Of a DNA stretch of 59,712 nt, positions 51,001 to 59,712 are shown piece after piece. The position numbers were made by a program, and so were the translations under genes. The stretch lies in the sequence record SRR20825006_884; one strand, given 5' to 3'. The stretch's first letter is position 1, and every line of letters begins with the position of its first letter. Under the pieces are notes generated by a model. It did not search any database and was not told the origin of the DNA. It saw nothing but the letters and a program-made list of their open reading frames with translations.

Positions 51001-51615
51001 CTAAGACCGTTCCAACAAGGCCGCTACAGCTTCAGCGCGCTGAATATCCTCCGGCGTATTTATATTCAGGAACGCCTCATCTTCGGCCTGAAACCGGACT
51101 TTGACTGCCCCAACATGATCGGCGATTGCGTGGAGCGCCAATTTGCCCTGCTTGACACAAGAGCGGACATCTGGCGCGAGCGCACATGACCAAAGGCCAA
51201 ATGTCGGCTGTAGACGAAACTCCGTTTCGACCAGGGCGGCGCGTGCGTTACCGCGGCCAGTGGACAATTGTGCGAATAGGTCCACCGGGAAGAACGGGGC
51301 ATCAATCGGAACGGTCAGCAGTAAGCTCTCTGGTCCTTTCTCTCGCAGACAATGCTCCAATGCTGCGAGAAGCCCCCCCGCCGGGCCGATAGGCTCACCG
51401 TTCGGCTGGAAATCTTGCACGAAAACCAGCCCCGGAACAGCCTCCGACCACTCCGGCGCGGTAGGACCCGTGACCACCATCTGGTCGACCATGGGGGTGA
51501 TCCGGTGGGTGGCGCGCTTCCAGAGGGGACTTCCGGAAAATTCGATCAACGCTTTTTCAACGCCGCCGAGCCTGCGTCCTGCGCCTCCCGCGAACAGGCA
51601 CCCCATGACCGTCAT
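51001..51615 (-). CDS. mobA: Molybdenum cofactor guanylyltransferase
   Basis: AGGAGRRLGGVEK, GPAGG, NINTPED. Confidence 0.9.
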   Translation of the reverse strand: MTVMGCLFAGGAGRRLGGVEKALIEFSGSPLWKRATHRITPMVDQMVVTGPTAPEWSEAVPGLVFVQDFQPNGEPIGPAGGLLAALEHCLREKGPESLLLTVPIDAPFFPVDLFAQLSTGRGNARAALVETEFRLQPTFGLWSCALAPDVRSCVKQGKLALHAIADHVGAVKVRFQAEDEAFLNINTPEDIQRAEAVAALLERS

Positions 51616-51861
51616 TCAAAGATCCTTTCCCCGTGACAGCAGCGTAAACCGCTACATCTTCCCGACCTGCCCAGAATGACTGAATTTCTGGCAGACCTCA
51701 ATCATCCCGCCCAGAGACTGATCTGAATTGGCGGAAGTTTTTTGTCACTCCTTGATCCCGTTGCACAGTTCGGTGGCCCGGGGCAAAAACTAGCCAGCTT
51801 TGAATGGTCAAAGTCTTCGCGCCCGAAGCTGGGCGCAAATCTTCGGTGAAGAAGTTGAACC

Positions 51862-51894
51862 GTCCGGACGTTGGTTTCCGGGCTATTTTTCTTT
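51862..51894 (+). terminator. Leader terminator (probable ANTAR/NasT-controlled attenuator)
   Basis: GTCCGGA...TCCGGGC stem followed by TATTTTTCTTT, about 50 bp before the porin-like ATG. Confidence 0.65.
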
Positions 51895-51945
51895 CTGCTG
51901 GTCTACGCCTTTCACGGCGATGCCAGTTCAGACCGAGGACTGATC

Positions 51946-53178
51946 ATGTCTGCAAAACCCAATTTCCGCGCGCTCATCGCGCCTGTCGTGTTGCTCTCCG
52001 TTGCACTCCCGTGTGCAGCCGAAGCCGACCAGACCACTTCCCGCTGGGAAACCGCACTGGCTGACACAAAGCCGATCTTCAATGCACGGCTTCGCTATGA
52101 GGGCGTCGAACAGGAAGGCCTGCCGGAGGATGCAAGCGCCCTCACCTATCGCTTCCGAGCCGGCTTCGAGACAGGCAAAATCTTCGACACCGCTCTCTTG
52201 GTCGAGTTCGATCACATCGACGACCTCATCGACGATTTCAATTCGACCATCAATGGAAAGACCGGCTATCCGGTCGTCGCGGATCCGAATGCAACGGAAT
52301 TGAACCGATTTCAACTAACCAATACCTCATTGCCGGATACGATAATCACGCTGGGTCGCCAAAGGATCGGCCTGGATGACGCGCGTTTTGTGGGCAATGT
52401 CGGATGGCGCCAGAATGAGCAGACCTTCGATGGCGCAAGGGTTCAGAATTCCTCGTTGGGTGAACTGAAGGTCGATTTCACCTATATCGCCCAGATCAAC
52501 CGCATCTTTGGAGATGATTCCGCCGTGGGACGCTGGGATGGCGATTCCTATCTGCTGAACCTCAGTCACCCCACCCCGATCGGCACGCTGACTGGCTTTG
52601 CCTATCAGATTGACGTTGACAATGCTGGCGGCGTTTTCTCGTCCCAGACAGTCGGCGCCAGATTGGCGGGAAAGCAGGCCATCGGGACCGGAAAGCTCGG
52701 ATACACAGTTTCCTGCGCTACCCAGTCCGACTATGGCTCCAGTTCCCTGGATTACTCGGCCGATTACTATCTCGTTGAAGGCACATATTCTGTTGAAGCA
52801 GTTACGCTCGGCGCCGGCATTGAAGTGCTCGGCGGCGACGATGCACGCGGATTTCAAACACCGCTGGCGACGCTTCACAAATTCCAGGGCTGGGCCGACA
52901 AGTTTTTGACCACTCCCACGACCGGTGTGGAAGATATTTATGCAAAGGCAGCGTATCAGGTTGGCGATGTCGGCCCGTTCAGTGGTGTGGCCTTGACTGC
53001 AGTCTATCATGATTTCAGCGCAGATGTCGGAGGGGCCGATTATGGCAGCGAACTCGATCTCGCGGCTTCTGCAAAATGGGACAAGATCGGTATCACCCTC
53101 AAATATGCGGATTACAGCGCAGATGACTTCGCCACAAACACCAGCAAGTTCTGGATCCAGTTTGACTTCGCCCTCTAA
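51946..53178 (+). CDS. Alginate-export-family outer-membrane beta-barrel (nitrate-assimilation associated)
   Basis: Signal peptide; RLRYE, GRQRI.LDD.RFVGNVGWRQNEQTFD, FQTPLATLHKFQGWAD. Confidence 0.8.
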   Translation: MSAKPNFRALIAPVVLLSVALPCAAEADQTTSRWETALADTKPIFNARLRYEGVEQEGLPEDASALTYRFRAGFETGKIFDTALLVEFDHIDDLIDDFNSTINGKTGYPVVADPNATELNRFQLTNTSLPDTIITLGRQRIGLDDARFVGNVGWRQNEQTFDGARVQNSSLGELKVDFTYIAQINRIFGDDSAVGRWDGDSYLLNLSHPTPIGTLTGFAYQIDVDNAGGVFSSQTVGARLAGKQAIGTGKLGYTVSCATQSDYGSSSLDYSADYYLVEGTYSVEAVTLGAGIEVLGGDDARGFQTPLATLHKFQGWADKFLTTPTTGVEDIYAKAAYQVGDVGPFSGVALTAVYHDFSADVGGADYGSELDLAASAKWDKIGITLKYADYSADDFATNTSKFWIQFDFAL

Positions 53179-53233
53179 GGGTCAGGAAGTTGAAGCTGTT
53201 CCAGCTCAAGGCGCAGTCACTTCGGCTGCGCCT

Positions 53234-53830
53234 TTGAGCGTGCTGTTGATTGATGAAGATCCGGAACGGGCCCGGCAGGTTGAAGAGGGACTGATCGCCA
53301 ATGCCGTCGTGCACACAGCCACGCAAACCCATGGACGGGTTCTCCTCGACCTGATCGCCCGGATCAGTCCGGATGTTATCATCATGGATTGCAATTCGCC
53401 GGATAGAGACACGATTGAAAGCCTGCGCCTGGTCGCCCAATCCAACCCCAAACCCATTGTGATGTTCGTGGAGGAAGAAGGTGGCGGCGGTATGCAGGAG
53501 GCAATTGAAGCCGGCGTCAGCGCCTATGTGATTGATGGCTTAACCCCCAAACGGGTCCAGCCCCTCATCGACACGGCCATTGCCCGCTTCCGTCACATGG
53601 ATGGCCTGCGCAACGAACTGAAAAAAACCAAGGACGATCTCGCCGCTCGCAAAGTGATAGAGCGCGCGAAAGGCATGCTGATGCAACATCATGGCATGAC
53701 GGAGGACCAAGCCTTCTCCTCAATACGCACCATGTCCCAACAACAGGGCAAGCCCATCAAAGAGGTGGCTGAAAACATTTTGACCATTGTCGGCATGCTT
53801 GCCGGCAAGCATGCACCGGACAACATCTGA
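53234..53830 (+). CDS. nasT: ANTAR-domain response regulator NasT
   Basis: Pseudo-receiver (SPDRDTIE, AGVSAYV) plus ANTAR domain (RKVIERAKGMLM...EDQAF); start uncertain (TTG at 53234). Confidence 0.85.
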   Translation: MSVLLIDEDPERARQVEEGLIANAVVHTATQTHGRVLLDLIARISPDVIIMDCNSPDRDTIESLRLVAQSNPKPIVMFVEEEGGGGMQEAIEAGVSAYVIDGLTPKRVQPLIDTAIARFRHMDGLRNELKKTKDDLAARKVIERAKGMLMQHHGMTEDQAFSSIRTMSQQQGKPIKEVAENILTIVGMLAGKHAPDNI

Positions 53831-55110
53831 TGGCACATTCTCTCACACTCGGATTTGCACAGCTCACAGATTGCGCCCCATTGGCGGTAGCCAAGGAGCG
53901 TGGTGCCTTCGCAGCGCATGGACTGGATGTGACCCTTAAACGGTTTGTTTCCTGGGCAGCCATGCGCGACGCGCTCGGCACCGGCGCGATTGATGGCGCC
54001 CACATGCTGTCACCCATGGTCGTTGCCTCGGCAGCCGGCATCGGTCCCTTCCCAGGTGAGTTCACGACAGCCTTCACGCTCAACCTCAATGGCAATGCGA
54101 TCACCGTTTCAACCACCTTGTTCGAAGCCATGGCGCAGATGGCACCGGAGACCATTTCTCGTCGTCCGCTCTCCGCCTACGCCCTCAAACGCGTGATAGA
54201 CCAGCGCAAGGAAGATGGCAAAGCCGCGCTGACCTTTGCGCATGTGTATCCTCATTCGATGCATGCACTTGAATTGCGCTACTGGCTGGCCGCCGCCGGC
54301 ATTGATCCGATGCGCGATCTCAACCTCGTCGTCGTGCCGCCATCCCTGATGGTTGACGCGCTCGCGGCCGGACAGATCGATGGCTATTGCGTCGGCGAGC
54401 CGTGGAACAATGCCGCTGTGGTTGCGGGTATTGGACGCACACTGATCACATCCGGAGAGATCTGGTCGAATGGCCCTGAAAAAGTTCTTGGAGTGCGTCA
54501 GGACTGGACCGAGCAGAACAAGGAATGGCATCTAAAGCTCATCGCCGCTTTGTCGGAGACTTGCGCCTGGCTGGATGACATGGACAACCGGTTAACTGCA
54601 GCCCAGATCATTTCGACCCCCGACTATGTGAATGCGCCCTTCGACGAAGTTGTAGGCTCACTGACGGGAAAGAACCGACAGACGGGTGGTGAACTCCGCA
54701 TAGATATGCCCGATTTCAACGTCTTCCACCGCTACGCGGCTAACTTCCCCTGGCGGTCACACGCCAAGTGGATCCTGTCCCAGATGATCCGGTGGGGAGA
54801 AGCTCCAGACGATGTGGATGCGAGTGCTATCGCCAGGCTGGCTTTCCGACCTGACATCTACTGCGAGGCTGTCGAGCGACTGGGCATAGCTTGCCCCAGC
54901 GCCGATGAAAAAATGGAAGGTGCGCATCAACATGCCTGGCTACTGAGTGATGCAACAGAGCCCGTCGCCATGGGGGCAGACCAGTTCATGGATCGGCGCA
55001 TATTCGATCCGACCAATATTGATGGCTACATTTCAGGCTTCACCATCAGAGACCAGAGAAGTCGGCTCGGCGCCCTCGACACGAGCCAAATCACCCATTT
55101 GGCTAAATAG
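53830..55110 (+). CDS. nasS: Cytoplasmic nitrate sensor NasS (CmpA/NrtA family)
   Basis: LTDCAPL..AKERG, GYCVGEPWN, PEKVL; no signal peptide; coupled to nasT. Confidence 0.83.
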   Translation: MAHSLTLGFAQLTDCAPLAVAKERGAFAAHGLDVTLKRFVSWAAMRDALGTGAIDGAHMLSPMVVASAAGIGPFPGEFTTAFTLNLNGNAITVSTTLFEAMAQMAPETISRRPLSAYALKRVIDQRKEDGKAALTFAHVYPHSMHALELRYWLAAAGIDPMRDLNLVVVPPSLMVDALAAGQIDGYCVGEPWNNAAVVAGIGRTLITSGEIWSNGPEKVLGVRQDWTEQNKEWHLKLIAALSETCAWLDDMDNRLTAAQIISTPDYVNAPFDEVVGSLTGKNRQTGGELRIDMPDFNVFHRYAANFPWRSHAKWILSQMIRWGEAPDDVDASAIARLAFRPDIYCEAVERLGIACPSADEKMEGAHQHAWLLSDATEPVAMGADQFMDRRIFDPTNIDGYISGFTIRDQRSRLGALDTSQITHLAK

Positions 55111-55861
55111 TCATACCGTCAGCTGGAGCGGGAATAACTTCCACATTCGTCGCACTGAGCGGGTAACGAATGAAAAGTATGGCAGGGTTCCGGACTCTGT
55201 GTTGCCGCGCATCCAAAGCAAGACGGTCCAAGCGAGTTTCTACCCTGCGACAGTCCGGTTTTCCGACATTCTCCACCCATTCCGCCTGGAGTGACCCCGG
55301 CACACCTCGCGCCATCAAGGCGGTCTGAATGCGCCATGCCTGCGCTACGCTCATATAGAAAGCAACGCATATTCCGGGTTTCAATAAATTGGCCCAATCG
55401 GGTTCCTTGTCCTTGTTCGCAGAGCGACCTGTCGTCACGACAAAGCTCTGCAACTCGGCGCGCTCGGTCACTGGGATCGAGCATTCCGCCGCCGCCGCCA
55501 GCGCCGCGGTCACACCCGGAACGATTTCAATTTCGGCGCCAAGCTCAACAGCCACCGCAATTTCCTCAGCGGCTCGGCCGAATATCATGGGATCGCCAGA
55601 CTTCAGACGTGCAACATGGCGTCCTGCCAGCAAGGCGCCACGCAACATGCTGTTGATGTCAGTCTGTTGACGCCCACCATCCGTACATTTTTTTCCAACA
55701 TATTGCAGGGTGGCCGCGGGGCTTGCGAATTCCAGCACATCAGCCTCGACCAATCGGTCATGAAAAACAATATCTGCCTCACCGATCCGGCGCGCGGCAC
55801 GTATTGTCAGGAGATCCGATGCGCCCGGACCACAGCCGATCAAAGTCAATTTTCCAAGCAT
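55103..55861 (-). CDS. cobA: Uroporphyrinogen-III C-methyltransferase (siroheme synthesis)
   Basis: GCGPGASDLLT, RLKSGDPMIFGR, VPGVTA. Confidence 0.92.
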   Translation of the reverse strand: MLGKLTLIGCGPGASDLLTIRAARRIGEADIVFHDRLVEADVLEFASPAATLQYVGKKCTDGGRQQTDINSMLRGALLAGRHVARLKSGDPMIFGRAAEEIAVAVELGAEIEIVPGVTAALAAAAECSIPVTERAELQSFVVTTGRSANKDKEPDWANLLKPGICVAFYMSVAQAWRIQTALMARGVPGSLQAEWVENVGKPDCRRVETRLDRLALDARQHRVRNPAILFIRYPLSATNVEVIPAPADGMTI

Positions 55862-55865
55862 GTGC

Positions 55866-58562
55866 CTACTCCGCAGCCATCGTGTGTGGGGATGTTTCTT
55901 CCGACTTCAACTTTTCCAGAAAGGCACGAATTTCAGGTTTGCATGACCCGCAATTGGTACCCGCGCCCGTAGCGGCCCCGACCCCCTCAACACTCCTGCT
56001 CCCGGCCTGGATCGCTTCGCCAATTGCCACGCTGCCAACACCCAGACAGGAACAGATAAGCCGGCCGGACGATTTCCCGCTTGGAGGACGTCCCGCCAAC
56101 AGGCCCAGCCTCGTTGTCTCGTCCATGTCGACGGCAAGCAAGCCAGCGAGCCAGCCACGATCCGCGCTCACAGGTCCGGACGTTGACGCGATCAAGCATA
56201 TGTCGAGGGAGTCATCTTGAAAGGACGCGCGAGCGATTTGACCGTTTGCGCGGATCATCTGGACCGCCAAGATGTCCGGACATAATTGTTCTGCCCATTC
56301 TTGCAGTTTTCCGCACCCAGCCAATTCATATCGCCATCCCCCACTCGCGCGCGCAGAGGCCCAATAGTCCAGCTTTCCCAGAACCTGGCCCGGTAGCTCT
56401 GTTCTGCAAACCACGAATGCAAACCAATCCGGCCGTAGAGGTGCTAGGGACACGACAGAATGTTTCGACTCGGGTTGTCCCGACACGGGGTCTACATTTG
56501 GCGCAACCAGGCAGTCCACGCGGCCGCCTGAACTGTACCGAGCCGTCCAGTGCATCGGGGCGAATACAGTTCCGGGCTGAACCCGGTCCGTCACCAGAAC
56601 CCGCAGGGCTACACGCCCATACTCGTTCTTTACCTCCGCAAGCCCCGCTGGATGCAAGCCCAGCCTGTCAGCATCTTCAGGGCAAATTTCGAGGAATGGT
56701 TCTGCGGTGTGGGCGGATAGACGCGGCGATTTTCCTGTCCGTGTCAGCGTGTGCCAATGATCCCGCACACGGCCCGTGTTCAATACATAAGGACGTTTCT
56801 TGCTCGGTTGCGACAGGGCCGGCAGGAACGGCGTCGCAACAAATCTGGCGCGGTGATCGTCCGTGAAAAACTCGCCGTCGGAAAAGAAGCGATGATTGAG
56901 GGCCGCCAAATTGCCAGAGCGAGGGGTATCTTCCGCCAGCGGCCACTGGAACGGCACAAGTTCATCATATGCCTTCTCGTCAATATTGGCATGGGCCCCG
57001 ATATTGAAATCACGTGTTCCATCATTCTCGAACGCAGATAGCGCAGCATACTCCTGGTAGATTTCGGCGGCTGACGTAAAGTCAAACCCGTTGAACCCCA
57101 TGCGGCGCGCCACTTCGCAAATCGCCCACCAATCATGTCGCGTTTCGCCGGGAGCTCTCAGAAAGCTCCGTTGACGGGAGATCCGGCGTTCGGAATTGGT
57201 GACCGTACCTGACTTCTCCCCCCAGCCCGTGGCCGGGAGCACAATGTCAGCCAGCTTGGCTGTATCAGACCGCCCGGTGACGTCCGACACAATAACCAGG
57301 GGGCACGCCTTAATGGCAGCTCGAACGCGATCAGCATTCGGCAGCGAAACGACGGGATTGGTTGCCATGATCCAGAGTGCTTTGATCTTTCCCTCATGCA
57401 CAGCCTCGAACAGGTCGACCGCTTTCAGACCAGGTTGTGTGGCCATATTCGGCGCCTGCCAGAAACGCTGCACCCGGTCGACATCCTTCGGTGCAAAATC
57501 CATGTGCGCGACCAATTGGTTCGCGAGACCGCCAACTTCGCGCCCCCCCATGGCATTGGGCTGGCCCGTCACGGAAAATGGCCCGCATCCGGGCTTCCCG
57601 ATACGTCCCGTGACCAAGTGGCAATTAATTATCGCATTGACCTTGTCTGAACCTGCCGAGGATTGATTCACACCCTGAGAATAGATGGTTACCGTCGCGG
57701 GCGTCTGCTCCACCCACTGAAAGAAGGTCCGCAAGTCAGATTTTGCCAGCGCTGTGGCTATGGAAAGTTCGGCCAGTCCGAGGGGCCCTGAAGCATCCAG
57801 CGCTGCGTCCAGCCCCTTGGTGTGCGCATTAACGAACGACGTATCATGAGCGTCGCTCGCAGCAAGGTGAGCAAAGAGCGCATTGAACAACAGAACATCT
57901 GCTCCCGGACGGATCGGAAGATGAAGGTCCGCTGCATCGGTGGTGGCCGTCTTGCGGGGATCGATAATCACGAGGCGCGTGCCACGCTTTTCCCTTGCCG
58001 CCAAGATCCGATTGTGAAGCACGGGGTGGCACCAGGCCAGGTTACTGCCCACCATCACAACAAGGTCAGCCCGTTCCAGGTCCTCATAACAGCCGGGAAC
58101 CGTATCCGAACCGAACGCGCGCTTGTGACCGGCCACGGAAGACGCCATGCAAAGTCGCGAATTCGTGTCGATATTCGCCGACCCTACAAAGCCTTTCATG
58201 AGCTTGTTGGCGACATAATAGTCTTCTGTCAGAATCTGTCCGGAGACATAGAGCGCGACACTATCGGGCCCATGGGTAGCAATCGCCTCTGAAAATCCGT
58301 TGCCGATTTTGTCCAAAGCAGAATCCCAACTCGCCCTCTCTCCAGAAATGGTTGGAAACAGCTGGCGTTCGTCCAGATCCAGCGTCTCCCCCAACGCAGA
58401 TCCTTTCGAGCAAAGTCGGCCAAAATTCGCCGGATGATCGGGATTCCCGCGCACTGTGGCGGCTTCCCCACCTTCGTCAGGTTTGACCAGAACGCCACAG
58501 CCCACACCGCAGTAAGGGCATGTTGTGGAGACTTCTTCTGCTGTCGGGCGCATACGGTCCAT
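55866..58562 (-). CDS. nasA: Assimilatory nitrate reductase catalytic subunit
   Basis: TCPYCGVGCG...LCSKG Fe4S4 motif, NSRLCMASS, TGQPNAMGGRE, C-terminal BFD-like CSC...CGSC. Confidence 0.94.
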   Translation of the reverse strand: MDRMRPTAEEVSTTCPYCGVGCGVLVKPDEGGEAATVRGNPDHPANFGRLCSKGSALGETLDLDERQLFPTISGERASWDSALDKIGNGFSEAIATHGPDSVALYVSGQILTEDYYVANKLMKGFVGSANIDTNSRLCMASSVAGHKRAFGSDTVPGCYEDLERADLVVMVGSNLAWCHPVLHNRILAAREKRGTRLVIIDPRKTATTDAADLHLPIRPGADVLLFNALFAHLAASDAHDTSFVNAHTKGLDAALDASGPLGLAELSIATALAKSDLRTFFQWVEQTPATVTIYSQGVNQSSAGSDKVNAIINCHLVTGRIGKPGCGPFSVTGQPNAMGGREVGGLANQLVAHMDFAPKDVDRVQRFWQAPNMATQPGLKAVDLFEAVHEGKIKALWIMATNPVVSLPNADRVRAAIKACPLVIVSDVTGRSDTAKLADIVLPATGWGEKSGTVTNSERRISRQRSFLRAPGETRHDWWAICEVARRMGFNGFDFTSAAEIYQEYAALSAFENDGTRDFNIGAHANIDEKAYDELVPFQWPLAEDTPRSGNLAALNHRFFSDGEFFTDDHRARFVATPFLPALSQPSKKRPYVLNTGRVRDHWHTLTRTGKSPRLSAHTAEPFLEICPEDADRLGLHPAGLAEVKNEYGRVALRVLVTDRVQPGTVFAPMHWTARYSSGGRVDCLVAPNVDPVSGQPESKHSVVSLAPLRPDWFAFVVCRTELPGQVLGKLDYWASARASGGWRYELAGCGKLQEWAEQLCPDILAVQMIRANGQIARASFQDDSLDICLIASTSGPVSADRGWLAGLLAVDMDETTRLGLLAGRPPSGKSSGRLICSCLGVGSVAIGEAIQAGSRSVEGVGAATGAGTNCGSCKPEIRAFLEKLKSEETSPHTMAAE

Positions 58563-58570
58563 TGGGGGGG

Positions 58571-58909
58571 TCAGCCGGATTGAAGACCGATGTAAACTCG
58601 GCCACCTTCCCGAATTTCGATTGGGTAGGTGCGCACGCAACCGGTGTCGGCGCCGCGCGCCCTGCCCGTCTCCAGATCAATCACCATCGCGTGCAGGGGA
58701 CATGAGACCGCAGTATCATGTACGATCCCTTCGCTGAGTGGCCCCCCCTTATGCGGGCAGACATTCTGGATCGCGAACACGGTGTTCGCTGCGGTCCGAA
58801 ACACGGCCACTTCTTCAGCATCGAGCGTTACCCGCCGAGACCCCCGGAGGGGAATATCGTCAACCCCACACAGCTCGGCCCATGACATAATGGCGGTCTG
58901 AGTACTCAT
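58571..58909 (-). CDS. nirD: Nitrite reductase small subunit (Rieske)
   Basis: CPHKGGPLSEGIV...CPLH. Confidence 0.93.
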   Translation of the reverse strand: MSTQTAIMSWAELCGVDDIPLRGSRRVTLDAEEVAVFRTAANTVFAIQNVCPHKGGPLSEGIVHDTAVSCPLHAMVIDLETGRARGADTGCVRTYPIEIREGGRVYIGLQSG

Positions 58910-58914
58910 TCGAT

Positions 58915-59712
58915 CTATCCCACCGGTTCGAGTTTTTTGAATTCGTGCGCATCAACCCCGCCTGTAGCCCGCTCTGCCCAGGGATCGATTTGAGCGAAAC
59001 GCTGGGAGTATGCGAAGCGCTCGACCAGATTTGCCCGGTTTTCAGCGTCTTCGACAATTTGCGCCTGAACCCGGTCGATGCCGACCCGCGCGGCCCATTT
59101 GTAGATGCGCTCAAGATAGAAGCCCTGCTCGCGATAGAGCTGGAGCACGGCCGTACACATTTCGATCGCCTCTGCTTCGTCGGTGACCTTTGTCAGCAAT
59201 TCCGTAGCCTTGACCTCCATACCGGCCGCGCCGGCGAAGTGAATTTCGTATCCACTGTCAACGCAAACCACACCAATATCCTTGCAAGTGGCTTCCGCAC
59301 AGTTTCGAGGGCATCCGGAAACAGCCAGCTTCACCTTGTGGGGGGTCCACGATCCCCACATGAGCTTTTCAAGCTTGATCCCAAGGCCGGTCGAATCCTG
59401 CGTTCCGACCCGGCACCAGTCGGTTCCGACGCATGTTTTCACCGTGCGCAGGGATTTTCCGTATGCATGGCCGGAGACCATGCCCGCCGCATTCAGATCT
59501 GCCCATACAGCTGGGAGGTCTTCTTTCTTCACGCCCAACATGTCGATGCGCTGCCCGCCTGTATATTTCACCGTAGGAATATCGAACTTGTCCACAACGT
59601 CTGCGATCGCTCGCAACTCACTTGCTGTGGTCACGCCGCCCCAAGTGCGAGGTACGACAGAATAAGTCCCGTCTTTCTGAATATTGGCGTGGACGCGCTC
59701 ATTGATGAAGCG
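58915..59712 (-). CDS. nirB: NADH nitrite reductase large subunit (5' end outside window)
   Basis: HANIQKDGTYSVVPR, RTVKTCVG..WC, SGCPRNCAE siroheme/Fe4S4 motifs. Confidence 0.95.
   Translation of the reverse strand, partial: RFINERVHANIQKDGTYSVVPRTWGGVTTASELRAIADVVDKFDIPTVKYTGGQRIDMLGVKKEDLPAVWADLNAAGMVSGHAYGKSLRTVKTCVGTDWCRVGTQDSTGLGIKLEKLMWGSWTPHKVKLAVSGCPRNCAEATCKDIGVVCVDSGYEIHFAGAAGMEVKATELLTKVTDEAEAIEMCTAVLQLYREQGFYLERIYKWAARVGIDRVQAQIVEDAENRANLVERFAYSQRFAQIDPWAERATGGVDAHEFKKLEPVG

Noticed and set aside
51660-51800. NtrC sites or a sigma54 promoter upstream of the porin-nasTS unit
   Set aside because: Only loose TGC(A/C)C-like half-sites; no correctly spaced GG-N10-GC found by eye
58564-58570. 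G7 homopolymer between nirD and nasA as a phase-variation tract
   Set aside because: Short, and intergenic if nasA starts at 58562 or 58553; both genes are intact
1-59712. CRISPR arrays, prophage genes, integrases or recognisable anti-phage defence genes
   Set aside because: No regularly spaced repeats and no such protein motifs seen in the ORF track

Overview
About 60 kb of GC-rich alphaproteobacterial chromosome. Gene content suggests a Hyphomonas/Caulobacterales-like organism (inference). There are three blocks. (1) Core-like genes at 1-17.9 kb: NAD kinase, an Hpt protein, a Pseudomonas-style class II PHA locus (phaZ-phaC / phaD / phaF-like), pstCAB-phoU-phoB with a Pho box but no pstS or phoR, hslVU, a NUDIX hydrolase, a degenerate EAL protein, a DUF2336 protein and tig. 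(2) An accessory region at about 18-46 kb, ending at a decayed IS6-family element. It holds an hfaA-hfaB(CsgG)-hfaD-like adhesin/amyloid operon divergent from an H-NOX / PAS hybrid kinase / NarL-type regulator trio. Next comes a FixK-like regulator with a microoxic/dormancy-type gene set (phasin, pta-ackA, MacAB-like ABC exporter, Usp, P-type ATPase, host-attachment/baeRF12 protein) marked by FNR boxes and recurring 6-4-6 palindromes. It also has a GGDEF-EAL gene, two gene remnants, and a SARP-TPR regulator module with duplicated promoter repeats and a strongly structured leader RNA. (3) A molybdenum cofactor and nitrate assimilation cluster at 46-59.7 kb (moaDACBE, TauE-like, moeA, mobA, porin-nasT-nasS, cobA, nasA, nirD, partial nirB). 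The best candidate for an undescribed system is the gas-sensing (NO/O2) H-NOX cascade directly coupled to a holdfast-anchor/amyloid-like operon. No tRNA, rRNA or CRISPR array was seen. All calls come from motif recognition by eye; no database searches were run.
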